NCBI GenBank assembly: GCA_951406725.2
Contig: OX597816.1
Location: 33,232,001 to 33,296,000, forward strand
Source of the DNA: Octopus vulgaris
Lineage: Eukaryota
Length of the DNA stretch: 64,000 nt
Direction of reading: 5' to 3'
The position numbers were made by a program, and so were the translations under genes. Each line of letters opens with the position of its first letter. The first letter of the stretch is position 1. Shown here in pieces: positions 29,843 through 42,212 of the stretch. The notes under the pieces were generated by a model. The model searched no databases. It was not told the origin of the DNA and was given only the letters and a program-made list of their open reading frames with translations.

Positions 29843-29901
29843 ACATATATATATATATATACATATGAATTTTTGATATATATAGATATATATAATTTAA
29901 G

Positions 29902-29933
<32 letters not shown>

Positions 29934-29934
29934 T

Positions 29935-29976
<42 letters not shown>

Positions 29977-31149
29977 TTACATATATATAAAAATCATACA
30001 TATAGACATGATTTTTTAAATATATATATGTATGTGTATGTGTGAGTGTGGGTGTTATATATATGCATATATATTGTTCATATATATATATATATATATA
30101 CATACATGATATATGTATAAATATATCTATCGTTTGTTCTTAGAAAATATTCAGCTGTTTTAAATTTATTGTAACTATCATTTATATTTAAAAAGTAAAT
30201 GGATTACTCTATGCGATGTAACATTTATTTTCTTGTAACCTACGAAACACAGTGAACCCAAGTTTATACAGAATTTCATCAAGAACAGATTAGCTGAAAA
30301 TGGATATAAAAAATATTCTTACTTAGAACAGCATTTAAACACATGCTCTTACCCATTTTAATCTAATAATATTTCATCTGATTTCTATTTTAAATTGATT
30401 ATTTTTGTTAGAATTCAATTTATTGTAAGAAGCAATTTTCTGGGAAACTGTCAGCAAACGTTATTTTTTAATAAACATAAGTTGTTGTATTACTGCTTGA
30501 ACATATGTGTATTATCCTGAATTTATTTCTTGGTAAAAAGAAAAGGGGAAAAACATTAGTACTTAAAGATTTATGTATATTTGAATTTACTTATAAACAA
30601 ACTTAAAACTTACACAGCTACAACAGGTGCTACGTATTGTTTGTTGCTACAATGTGAAAACATTTTGTTTTGAAATATGAGTAAATTCATGAGTTAACAA
30701 GTAGCAATGTGTATATAAATGTTATAGACACTCGTGCACTGGCACACATTCATGCGCATACATACGCACACATATATGCATATTTTCATGTACATGTGTG
30801 TAGACATGTATATATATATATATATATATATAAGTTTATACATATATACATTTACATCATAAGAAATTTAGAAGTTTTGCGAAATTTCAAACTCTTCGAT
30901 AATAAAATGTTGAAGGCTGCTTTGACTTTATGATCCAAAGAATGTTTTAAGCCAATATTCTAGATTCTATTATTAACAGTTTTATCTACTTAAGTTCCAT
31001 GGTGAAATGAAAGTGATAATGCAATACACACACATGCATATTTACATACATACAAATGCACACACACACACACATGTATATATTTATATATATACAGTTG
31101 AAATTTACAGAAAGGCAAAAGATGTAGACACATGTATAAACAAGAAGCA

Positions 31150-32195
31150 GATATATTAGTTTGATGCTTGGGAAGGTGAGAAAGTCTTTTCCATTTTGAG
31201 CCTACACTCTTCAACAGAAAAGAACACAAGGGAATAAACAGAGAGAGAATTAAAAAATCTTGTGGATTTAGCATTGAATTTTGGCAACTGGTTGGACAAG
31301 GGTAGTTAGAGAGGAGAGCTAGGAAAAAGGGGAAATAATAAACTACTGGTGGTCCCAAAGCGAAGACATGTCTGTGTGTATGTGAGAGTGCATAAGTGTG
31401 TGTGTGTGGATAGCGGCTGGTGACTTTGACGTGCAGACGTGTGCATATGTGTGTGTGTATGCCTGTAATGTGTGGGTGTGTGGATGATGGTGTAGATGCT
31501 GGGAAGTACTCAGTGCTAGTGTTTGGAGTGGTGTGGTGTGGTGGTGTGGTTGTGTGATGCGGTGTCTTGTGGTGTTTTGGGGGTTTGGTTATGTGAGGGT
31601 GGGGTGTGGTTTTGGGGTGAGGATGTTGGATGGAGTGAGGATGTGATGGTTAGGGTGAGGATGAGGGGGTTGGGGTGTGGTATGTGGGAATGGGATGTGT
31701 GTGGGTGGGGTGTGGATTGAGAGGGTATCGATGGATAGGAGTGAAGAGAGGAAGTAGATGTCAGATGAAGAGAGTGGAGGAGGGGAATCAGATGAAGACA
31801 GTAGGGGAGGGAGTTGAGCTCATGTGGTGCAAAAGAGCGGAGAGAACATTAATTCCTGTTCACAGGGGGAGTCCAGATGGCCCCTGTGCAAAGACAAACC
31901 GAACACAGACATGTGTTGTAATGAGTGACTGGTAGAGTGGAATTGGTGCGAGACTGGGGTGTCATTGCTGAGTCTAATGTCTTGGAGGTGCTCTGCGGAC
32001 CAGTCTGCCAAGTGGTGTCTGATTTGACCGATGTACAGAGAAGGACAGAAAGAGCAGGAGATGCAGTAAATGGCATTGTTAGAAGTGCAGGTAAAGGGGT
32101 CATTAACATGATAGGGATGATGATGGGTGCCTGTGAAGATGGTGGTGTTGGAGAAGTAGGGGCAAGTGTGGCAGCATGTAGGATATTGGAATAAC
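31150..32195 (-). mobile_element. Penelope-like element 3' part: GIY-YIG endonuclease + pseudo-LTR
   Basis: PFTCTSNNAIYCISCSFCPSLYIGQIRHHLADWSAEHLQDI..PVSHQF (YIG at 32027-32035), followed by a C/A-rich UTR and a hammerhead-like relic. Confidence 0.85.
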
Positions 32196-32600
32196 TTTAA
32201 GTATTATTTAATCTCTAATACACTTGATTCATTTGCTAATAGGAGTTAGTGATAGAAATCATGTGAGGTAAATAGTATTAGAATTTCTTCAGATAGAGAA
32301 TTAAATAATACAAATAGTTTTATATGATTGCTTGTCTGAAGAATTTCTAATAGGAGATGTTTTATATTTTTTTTCCTACATGTACAATTTTTTAACACCT
32401 ATATGAAAATAAAAAACGAGTAATGCTGAAAACAATCTTTTTTTCCATATATTATTACTCTGCAAAAGTATTTTCCTGTGCTTTCTACTCTCAAGCATAC
32501 AAGAGCATTACATCTATGTACATATTTAGAATACTGGAATATGCATATGCATGTCAAGAAGACACAGCTTGAATTTTAACAGTATATATATATATACACT

Positions 32601-32732
32601 TGACTTATTCTTTGTAAGCCCATTACTTATTCTATCTGTCTCTTTTGCCGAACTGCTAAGTGATGGGGACATAAACACACCAGCATCGGTTGTCAAGCAA
32701 TGCTAGGGGGACAAACACAGACACACACACAT

Positions 32733-32787
<55 letters not shown>

Positions 32788-33056
32788 TACGACAGGCTTC
32801 TTTCAGTTTCTGTCTACAAAATCCACTCACAAGGCTTTGGTTGGCCCGAGGCTATAGTAGAAGACACTTGCCCAAGGTGCCACGCAGTGGGACTGAACCC
32901 GGAAAGGATGAAAGGCAAAGTCGACCTCGGAAGAATTTGAACTCAGAACATAGCAGTAGAAACAATACTGCTAAGCATTTCGCCCAGTGTGCTAATGTTT
33001 CTACCAGCTCGCGGTTAGTAAGCAACCTACTTACCACACAGCCACTCCTGCACCTA
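32601..33056 (-). mobile_element. SINE A carrying an internal SINE B head fragment (32903-33012)
   Basis: A consensus is interrupted at GAACCCGGAA by AAAGGATGAAAGGCAAAG...CCAGCTCGC and resumes at GGTTAGTAAGC. Confidence 0.85.
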
Positions 33057-33081
33057 TAAACAGTATACTATCAACAGTATA

Positions 33082-33295
33082 TTTTATTTTTTATTTTATT
33101 TTATCTAGTTTCAGCTCACGAGCTGTGGCCATGCTGGGGCACCACCATTAGGTGTTGCTACATGATTTTACTTCACGAATGCTTTTTAGCAATTGCCATT
33201 TGGTGCATGAGAGAGTTCGATGCAGCTGCCCTCATCTGCACCTCCTGCCATGAAGTTGGTTCATCTGGGACAATTGACAAGAAAAGATCCAGTTT
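33082..33295 (-). mobile_element. CR1-like LINE 3' end sharing its tail with SINE A
   Basis: KLDLFLSIVPDEPTSWQEVQMRAAASNSLMHQMAIAKKHS* (stop 33173-33175), then GGTGGTGCCCCAGCATGGCCACAGCTCGTGAGCTGAAAC and (TAAAA)n. Confidence 0.8.
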
Positions 33296-33920
33296 TATAT
33301 ATATCTATATTTTACTATGTAAAATTATAATCATCATCAACATTTATAATTCAAATTATCCATGTCTGCATGAGTCAGAGGGAATTTATTGAAGCTGTTA
33401 TTCTATAGCTAGATGCTCGTTCTCTGTTCTAGTTAGTCCTCCGTGTACAAACAAGGTGATATTTCCTGATAGCCAGATTTGTTTTAACAGACTCTTGGAA
33501 ATGAAGGACGCTGCATGTATGACAGTGATGATCTTACAACTTTCATGCAATGTCAGGATGGAGATACACTAATACATACCTACAGTCAGAGTCTGACATT
33601 ATATGTGTCTGTATGTACGTATATATATGTGTGTTTGTATGAATGCTTGTGTCACCTTCTTAAGCTGTCATGTGATGATGATAACTGATTTTCATTATTA
33701 TACAAGCATTGTGATTGATTTCTAGTAATTTGTCAGAATTATTAACTTGCTTGGATATAAGATGGGGCTTGATACACAGGAATATCATCTTTCTATCAAA
33801 TATCTGCCTTAATAAATTTCATCTGAGCATGAAAATTAGACAATACATTGGAGATACAGACACGCACTCAGAGACATGTGTATATGCATGTGTGTTAGTG
33901 AACATATATACACACATACA

Positions 33921-33973
<53 letters not shown>

Positions 33974-34107
33974 GAATATGTAAGTATATATGTATGTATA
34001 TATGTATATATGCATGTATGCATATATGTATATATGTATGTATGCATATATGTATATATGTATGTATATATAAATGTATATATGTATGTATATATATGCA
34101 TACACAC

Positions 34108-34170
<63 letters not shown>

Positions 34171-34275
34171 TATGTAAGTATATATGTATGTATATATGTA
34201 TATATGTATGTATGCATATATGTATATATGTTTGTATATATAAATGTATATATGTATGTATATATATATATACAT

Positions 34276-34330
<55 letters not shown>

Positions 34331-34407
34331 TATGTAAGTATATATGTATATATGTATATATGTATGTATGCATATATGTATATATGTATATATATATATA
34401 TATACAT

Positions 34408-34444
<37 letters not shown>

Positions 34445-34677
34445 ATAGAAATATCATTATTTCTAATTCCCTGTAAAGGAAACTACAGCAGCAGTACTTG
34501 ATAGTAATAGTTATCACCAAGCTAACATAGCAGTCCAGAAAAATAGGATGAATGCTGCTGTTCATTAGCTGCAAGAGGTCATCACATCTAGCTAGCTATA
34601 TGACACACAAACCTGTGTCCATTACAACCTTCGAACAGGGTAGGTCAGCAGCTTCCCTTTGCTAGTTTGGCATCCAC

Positions 34678-34726
34678 AGACTAGTTTCGGGGTAGTTGAT
34701 AAAAGGCAACTACCTGAAACTAGTCT
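34678..34726 (+). ncRNA. 20-bp hairpin containing a minimal hammerhead-like core (U3-A8 variant)
   Basis: TTGATAA-A-AGG(caacta)CCT-GAAA-CTAG-TC; stem I is not formed in this copy. Confidence 0.35.
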
Positions 34727-34792
34727 CTCTCTGTGTATATATGTCACTCTGTGTATATACGTGTATATATGTCTGTGTGTGTGTGTATGTCA

Positions 34793-34835
<43 letters not shown>

Positions 34836-35239
34836 CATATGTATATATGGTCCAGATTGGTTATAGGTTCTTATAAGTTGTACCATATAAACAACAACTG
34901 AAAGCAAATGTATAATACATGAAAAGAATTGTGGTAATTGTTTTAGAAACACCGAGAGAAAAAAATAACAAAACAAACAAGTGTTATATCTCATTTAGAT
35001 ATATTAAATTTTTTTCACATACATTGTAACTAGTTCTGTCAATTCTGAACTAATCAAAGGAATATGAGAATGTAAGAATGCTAGTTGAAATATATAGAGT
35101 TGAAATCGCTGTAGCTAGATTAAAATTGAGGGTATCAGGTTACAAATCAAAGACTGCTTGGTAGAAATTTTAAGTTAAGGGTATAGTTTTTAAACAGTAA
35201 GGTAAGGAACGTTGAGTCAGTAATTTAATGCATACCCTT

Positions 35240-35592
35240 TAAATTTTATGCTTATTTACTCACATTATTTTGCATTAATCATGTGTTATTTCATAGCCTT
35301 GAGATTTCAATGATGTGATTCTTTTACATGTTTTAGTCATTAGATTATGGCCAAGCTGGTGCACCACCTTGAAAAGTTTGTAGTTGAATGAATCTACCCA
35401 GTACTTTTTTGTTTTTAAAGTCTGGCACTTATTCTATCGATGTATTTTTGATGAATTGCCAAGTTAAGGGGACATAAAGGCACCAACACCTGTTGTCAAG
35501 CCGTAATGGGGTGACAAAGACAGTCACAAATAAGCACACATGCGCAATTACACACATGCACACATATATATATATATATACATATATATATG

Positions 35593-35623
<31 letters not shown>

Positions 35624-35919
35624 GTATGCACATATATATATATATATATACATATATATATGTATATATATATATATATGTATGTATGTATGCATATATA
35701 TATATACATATATATATGTATATATATGTATATACATATAGATATATATAGATATATATATAACTTATAAAATAAGGGCAAGTTATTTATAAATTTAACC
35801 TTTAAAGGTATTCTTTAACATGCAGGCCATTGAGAAAATTTTAAAAAAAAAATTTTATCCTACATTTGATATATATATATATGTATGTATATATATATAT
35901 GTATGTATATATATATATG

Positions 35920-35962
<43 letters not shown>

Positions 35963-36238
35963 CGGTGGGCTTCTTTCAGCTTCCATCTACCAAATCCATT
36001 CACAAGGCTTTGGTTGGTCTAAGGCTATAGTTGAATGCAGTTTCTCAAGGTTCCACACAGTGGGACTGAAACTGGAACTATGTGGTTAGGAAGTAAGCTT
36101 CTTACCTCACAGCCATGCCTGTTTATTTATAGAATGATTTTGTCAGATAGGTGTGAAAGGCTAGATCTGGCTGGCCTGAATATAAAGCAGGTAGAACATT
36201 TTGGCAGGCTATGGCTGGTATAAATGTTACGGTGTTAT
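35240..36238 (-). mobile_element. MITE family 1 split by a SINE A (about 35330-36120, minus) and microsatellite expansion
   Basis: Flanking pieces match the reverse complement of 9587-10210; SINE A tail and head are recognisable on either side of TA-rich DNA. Confidence 0.6.
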
Positions 36239-36540
36239 GTGATAAGATTTTTAAACAATTGTCTGCCCTCCAGAGATTGATAGGATAATACTTAAAGGGA
36301 ATAAGATGATTAAATAAACAGAGCTGAGATTTTTGTGAGTAGATGTATGAGGTGGTCAGATTAAAAGATAAGATAAGGAATGGTGAGTTTTTAATTCTTT
36401 TAGGAAGGTCATAAATAATTAAATGCTTACGTTTGTCCTCTTACTTTTGTCTTGGAAAAATGAAATACTCTTTATAAGATATATGAAGATATACATGTAT
36501 GCGTATATACGTATACGATAATAAAATGAATGATAAACGT

Positions 36541-36843
36541 TGCCCTTTTCAAGCCTAGCCAGGCTCATGGGCCCGGTTTCCCGGTTTCTGTGGCGTATGT
36601 GTTCTCCCTAGCTGGACGGGACGCCAGTCCATCGCAGCATTCCTCAAGAAACAGAAGAGAGAGTGAGAGAAAGTTGTGGCGAAAGAGTAGAACAGGGGGA
36701 TGCCACCACCCCCTACTGGAGCCTCATGGAGCTTTTAGGTGTTTTCGCTCAATAAACACACACAACACCCGGTCTGAGAATCAAAACCACGATCCTCCAA
36801 CCGTGAGTCTGCTTCCCTAACCAATGGGCCATTGCGTCTCCAC
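36541..36843 (-). mobile_element. SINE, head D + tail 3
   Basis: Reverse complement head GTGGAGACGCAATGGCCCATTGGTTAGGG matches 60705; tail matches 10694-10790. Confidence 0.85.
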
Positions 36844-37606
36844 ATATACATACACACACACATACACATTCATTTGAACACACACACACACAAACATATA
36901 CATATACATATTTGCATATAGACATGTATGCACCTGCACATGTACACACACACACACACACACACACAAACATACACACAAAAGTTAATGGTCTAGTATA
37001 CATGCCCATACAATATGTGAATATGCGTATATGTCTGAATCACCCCTCATTGTATATAAGTGTTCTTAATTTTATAAGTCGAGGAAATTTTTTGTCAACC
37101 ATTTAAGCAAGTTTTATATTTCTGAATATATTTTTCTTCCATCATTATTTGTTTTTGTTCCTTATTCGTGAAAAACTATATCCTTTCAATTAAATTCTTC
37201 AGGGAACATTCTTTGATTTGTAGACTGGTACCCTAGTTCCCTGTCCAGCTGCAACAATTTCAACTCTATATATTTCAAATGCTATAATTATCTTCTCATT
37301 CTTATTTGATAAGCCCAACCAGAATGGATAGAATTGGTTATATAAGTTAAAAAAATTTAAGATATCAAAATAAAACATTGCACATTTTATCTTTTAATTT
37401 TTCTAAAAATATTAGAACAACACCTTTAGTATTATTGTGTATTTCACCTGTCTTTTGTTTATATAGCTACATTCAAATATATATATAATATAATATAATA
37501 TAATATAATATATAAATGAATAATGTATATATATATAACATATATATATATATATAATATATATATATATATAAATATGTATATAAATACATATATATAT
37601 ATATAA

Positions 37607-37639
<33 letters not shown>

Positions 37640-37640
37640 A

Positions 37641-37683
<43 letters not shown>

Positions 37684-37778
37684 TATATATATTTATATAT
37701 GCATATATATATATTTATGTACATATATATATATATACAGAGAGAGAGAGAGAGAGAGAGAGATTATATATGTATGTA

Positions 37779-38150
37779 TTCTTTTATTTTTTTACTTGTT
37801 TCAGTCATTTGAATGCAGTCATGCTGGAGCATCACCTTTAGGCGAATAAATTGATGCCAGGACTTATTCTTTGTGAGCCTAGTACTTATTCTATCATTCT
37901 CTATTGCCAAACCGCTAAGTTATGGGGACCATAAACACACCAAAATCAGTTGTCAACAATGGTGGGGTGACAAACACAGACACACACAGACACACACGCA
38001 CACACACACACACATATGACTGGTCTCTTTCTGTTTCTGTCTTCCAAATCCACTCAGAAGTCTTTGGGTGACCTAAGCCGATAGTTGAAAACACTTGCCC
38101 ATGATGCCATGCAGTGGGACTGAACCTGGGAACATATGGTTGGGAAGCAA
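37779..38150 (-). mobile_element. SINE family A
   Basis: Reverse complement matches the consensus. Confidence 0.85.
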
Positions 38151-38452
38151 TCTATATGTAAGTAGGAAGTTATAGATATCTCATATTTATCATTTTACAG
38201 CTGCTTTCCATGCTGGATGGATAATTGTTGTACCAATATTTTACATGTGTTGGGGGACCACACCTCTTTTGAAAATATTGCATTTGACTTGGTTTCTATG
38301 GGTGGAGGCATTCCTAATACTGACCATTTTACAGAGTGTACTCTGTGTTTAAGCGAGGCACCAATACAAGAGAGCACAAATGTGAGACATTATGGAGATG
38401 TACTTGCATAGCACGTGACTTGATCTGAGATCGTGTGCTGGGATGAAAACAA

Positions 38453-38704
38453 TTGCAGCATGGAAGGTGTTTATAAGCCAGTTAAGAAGCACACAAAACC
38501 GTTAGATTCACTTCAACATTAAAATTTAATTTGTCAAAATATTTTCGTTGCTTTGAGACCACGACCTGTTCACTGACAAAGCTTTGAACAGGTTGCAGTC
38601 TCAAAGCGATGAAAATATTTTGACAGATTAAATTTAAATGTTGAAGTGAATCTAACAGTTTTGTGTGTTTCTTAACTGGCTTATAAACACCTTCAATGCT
38701 GCAA
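38453..38704. mobile_element. Foldback element, ~120 bp arms, 12 nt loop
   Basis: 38453-38572 is the near-perfect reverse complement of 38585-38704. Confidence 0.9.
38530..38580 (-). ncRNA. Candidate minimal type I hammerhead ribozyme (G3-C8 variant)
   Basis: TTTGTCA-GTGAACA-G-GTCGT(ggtctcaaa)GCAAC-GAAA-ATAT-TT-TGACAAA: perfect 7-bp stem I, 5-bp stem II with one mismatch, palindromic loop III. Confidence 0.55.
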
Positions 38705-39224
38705 ATCTGAGACAATTACTGAGAATGTAAAACTTATGTCTTTGGTAAGTGAGAAATCTGATGTGATAGGCTTATTAAAGAGTGATGAGGGACTTTGTGT
38801 CCCTACATGTACTGGAAGCAATATATAGTGAACCAAAATGAGGCACTAATACGATTTCTCATACCAGCAGCATAGTACAGTGAGAAAAAGAAATGATTGA
38901 GAAATATGCATCTGAGGCATGAGTGCTGAAGGTACAAGTACTAGCTGCTTGAGTGTTAGAAGCATGAGTAATAAAAAAAAGTAAGAGTTCCATGGTCAAT
39001 AAGGACATGAAAGATGGTGTTATGAATACTAGACTTATGAATAATAGTAAGAATGTGAGATAGAATAGTGTGTGATAGAAGAGTGAGTATGAGAGGCGTG
39101 TTAGATAAGACTATCAGTGAGCCAACAAATCTAAAATTGATAGAATTCATTATATGTATGCATGTGTATGTGTGTACACAGATATATCCCTAAATATATT
39201 TATAAAAAAGATCAAAGGTTTGTC

Positions 39225-39453
39225 TTGAGTCATTGGCTCATGAGGTCAGTTTCCCCGATTCTGTAGTGTATAAAATCCCCTACTACTGGACAGGATACTG
39301 GTCTGACACAGAATTACTCATTTAGCCAACTGAGTGGACAAGAGCAACATGAAATGACGTGGTTAGCTCAAGAAGAGACTACATCCCCGGATCAGAAACT
39401 GAAACAGATTTATGATCATAAGTGCAACAGCCAAAATCACTGACCCACATGCG
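39225..39453 (-). mobile_element. Diverged SINE, head C + tail 3
   Basis: Parallels 10694-10932 (TTACTCATTT..GCCA.CTGAGTGGAC). Confidence 0.65.
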
Positions 39454-39498
39454 TATACATGTGTATTTAAACATACATGCATATACACATATTTGTCA

Positions 39499-39843
39499 TT
39501 TACTTATTTCAAATCATTAGACTATGGCCATGCTGGGGCACTGCCTTGAAGAATGTTTAGTCGAATGAATCAGTCTCAGTACTTACATTTTTGTTAAGCC
39601 TGGTACTTATTCCATCGGTATTTTTTACCAAATTGCTAAGTTATGGGAATGTAAACACACCAACACTGTCAAGCAGTGGTGGGGGACAAACACAGATATG
39701 AAGACACAAACACATTCATACAAACACATACACACACACACACATACACGCATGCGCGCATGCACATACATATATATGATGGGCTCTTTTTCAGTTTCCG
39801 TCTGCCAACTGCATTTTGGTCATTATTCAAGTGCAGTAGAAGA
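39499..39843 (-). mobile_element. SINE A, head-truncated
   Basis: Reverse complement matches the body and tail. Confidence 0.8.
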
Positions 39844-39895
39844 TGCAGGTTGTATCTAATGGAAATGAGACTAGTACAAAAGAAAATAATAAAAA

Positions 39896-40062
39896 AGGCG
39901 TAGGAGTGGCCATGTGGTAAGTAGCTTGCTTACCAATCACATGATTCTGGAGTCACTCACACTGCATGGCACCTTGGGCAAGTGTCTTCTACTATAGCCT
40001 CGGGCCGATCAAGGCCTTGTGAGTAGATTTGGTAGACGGAAAACTGAAAGAAGCCCGTCGTA

Positions 40063-40127
<65 letters not shown>

Positions 40128-40362
40128 GTGTGTATATGTTTGTGTGTCTGTGTTCATCCCCCAACATCACTTGACAACCGATGCCGGTGTGTTTGCGTCC
40201 CTGTAACTTAGCAGTTTGGCAAAAGAAACCGATAGAATAAGTACTAGGCTTCCAAAGAATAAGTCTTGGTGTCGATTTGCTTGACTTAAAGGTGGTGCTC
40301 CAGCATGGTCGCAGTCAAATGACTGAAACAAGTAAAAGAGTAAAAGTGTAAAAAAGAGTAAA
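39896..40362 (+). mobile_element. SINE family A, full length
   Basis: Head AGGCGTAGGAGTGGCC through tail GACTGAAACAAGTAAAAGAG. Confidence 0.9.
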
Positions 40363-40783
40363 TAACTATTGCCTGCTGAATACCTGAATGCAAAATTTTA
40401 TTTTGCTCCTTACTTGTGCAAGTAAAAACACATCTTCCACCACTGATCTAAAACACTATAAAATGTTCACCACAAATGCCTGCCAGTTATCCCTATTGCT
40501 TGTCTCTCCTTGACATTAGTACATTATTTTCAGTCTCTCTTTCTTGCATTACTCTCTTCCTTCTTTCAGGCATTTCTCTTATTATTTGCTTCTTTCTTTC
40601 ACTATTGTACTCATTCTTCCTCATTTCTATCTTTCTCTCTTTCCTTATCTTCTTAATTTATTCACTATTTCTCGTATCAGATGACATAATTCTTTGAGGT
40701 TGATGTTTGTGTTGCAGCTGCTCTTGCACGAGAAATATTTTGCCATAGGAAAAAATAATCCCTTATTAAATCTCCTGAAAAGC

Positions 40784-41009
40784 TTAACCCTTTTGCTACC
40801 AGCATGGCTGAAACCTGCTCTGGCTCTGTAGTACAAATATCTTGTTTTCTTAAGTCTTGAATTAAAATCTTCCACCAAACCTTAGTCACAATTTATGTTC
40901 TTAACACGAGCTCAATAACTAAGTTATTTTACTAAGTTCTTTGTTATATTTAAAGTACTTGAAAGAAACACAGAGCATCTCAAAATAAATACAGTAATGA
41001 AAGGGTTAA
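40784..41009 (+). mobile_element. piggyBac-type MITE (family 2), complete
   Basis: TTAA|CCCTTTTGCTAC...GTAATGAAAGGG|TTAA; TTAA TSD and CCC/GGG ends. Sister copies at 62461-62691 and 49840-50057. Confidence 0.85.
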
Positions 41010-41332
41010 TGAACATAGCTCACTCTTTCCACAGACAGTTTGAAGTGACACTCATATGCTCATGGACAATTTCATGGAGCTACAGTTGCATCCAGTTTTG
41101 TTCATGTACAATTACATAAAACAGGGCTATTTCTATTTCTCATATGCAGTGGTCCTATTTCTTTTGTTCTGTGAACCAAACCAAATTATATATGCATGCA
41201 CACATGTACATATGCACACATACATGCATACATACATACATACATACATACATACATACATACATGCATGCATGCATGCATGCATACATACATACATACA
41301 TACATACATACATACATACATACATACATACA

Positions 41333-41363
<31 letters not shown>

Positions 41364-41777
41364 GTATGTATATACATATGTCTATATCAAAAAGTAAACC
41401 TAAGCTATAGCCATTAACCTTGGTCATTAATATGGATGATGGAATTGTATGCTTAGTTGCCAGTCCTCACCAATGGATTCATTCAAAAGATAATTAACTC
41501 AATTTCTTTACTGTCTCTGATTCAAGCTTAGTAACTCAACTAAGATGAATTAAGTGGAATTAGCAGTATCACACTTGATGCAGTTCATGATAAAATTATG
41601 CAATCTACAAACACTCCTTTCTGGAGAAGCAGATTCTCAATAATAGATTCCTTTGACAACTTACGTGACAAACATTACAATGGATTCACACAACATGATG
41701 TCATTAAGTACTTCTATTTCTGAAAGCACTTTAATGAGAGCCCTTCAGTTCAGCCACAGGTATGTTACCATCAAATT

Positions 41778-42013
41778 ACCTATTTCTTTACTACCCACAA
41801 GGGGCTAAACACAGAGAGGACAAACAAGGACAGACAAATGGATTAAGTTGATTATATCGACCCCAGTGCATAGCTGGTACTTATTTAATCGACCCCAAAA
41901 GGATGAAAGACAAAGTTGACCTTGGCGTAATTAGAACTCGGAGCATAGCGGCAGACGAAATACAGCTAAGCATTTCGCCCGGCGTGCTAACGTTTCTGCC
42001 AGCTCAACGCCTT
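41778..42013 (-). mobile_element. SINE B with target-site duplication
   Basis: Flanked by TTACCATCAAATTACC at 41765-41780 and 42012-42027. Confidence 0.9.
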
Positions 42014-42039
42014 ACCATCAAATTACCATCAAACATTTA

Positions 42040-42212
42040 GGCTGGTGTGTTTACATCCCCGTAACTTAGCGGTTTGACAAAAGAGACCAATAGAATAAGT
42101 ACTAGGACTCAAAAGAATAAGTCCTGGTGTTGATTTGCTCGACTAAAGGCGGTGCTCCAGCATGGCCACAGTCAAATGACTGAAACAAGTAAAAGAGTAA
42201 AGTGTAAAGAGT
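42040..42212 (+). mobile_element. SINE A 3' half
   Basis: GCTGGTGTGTTTAC through GACTGAAACAAGTAAAAGAG. Confidence 0.85.
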
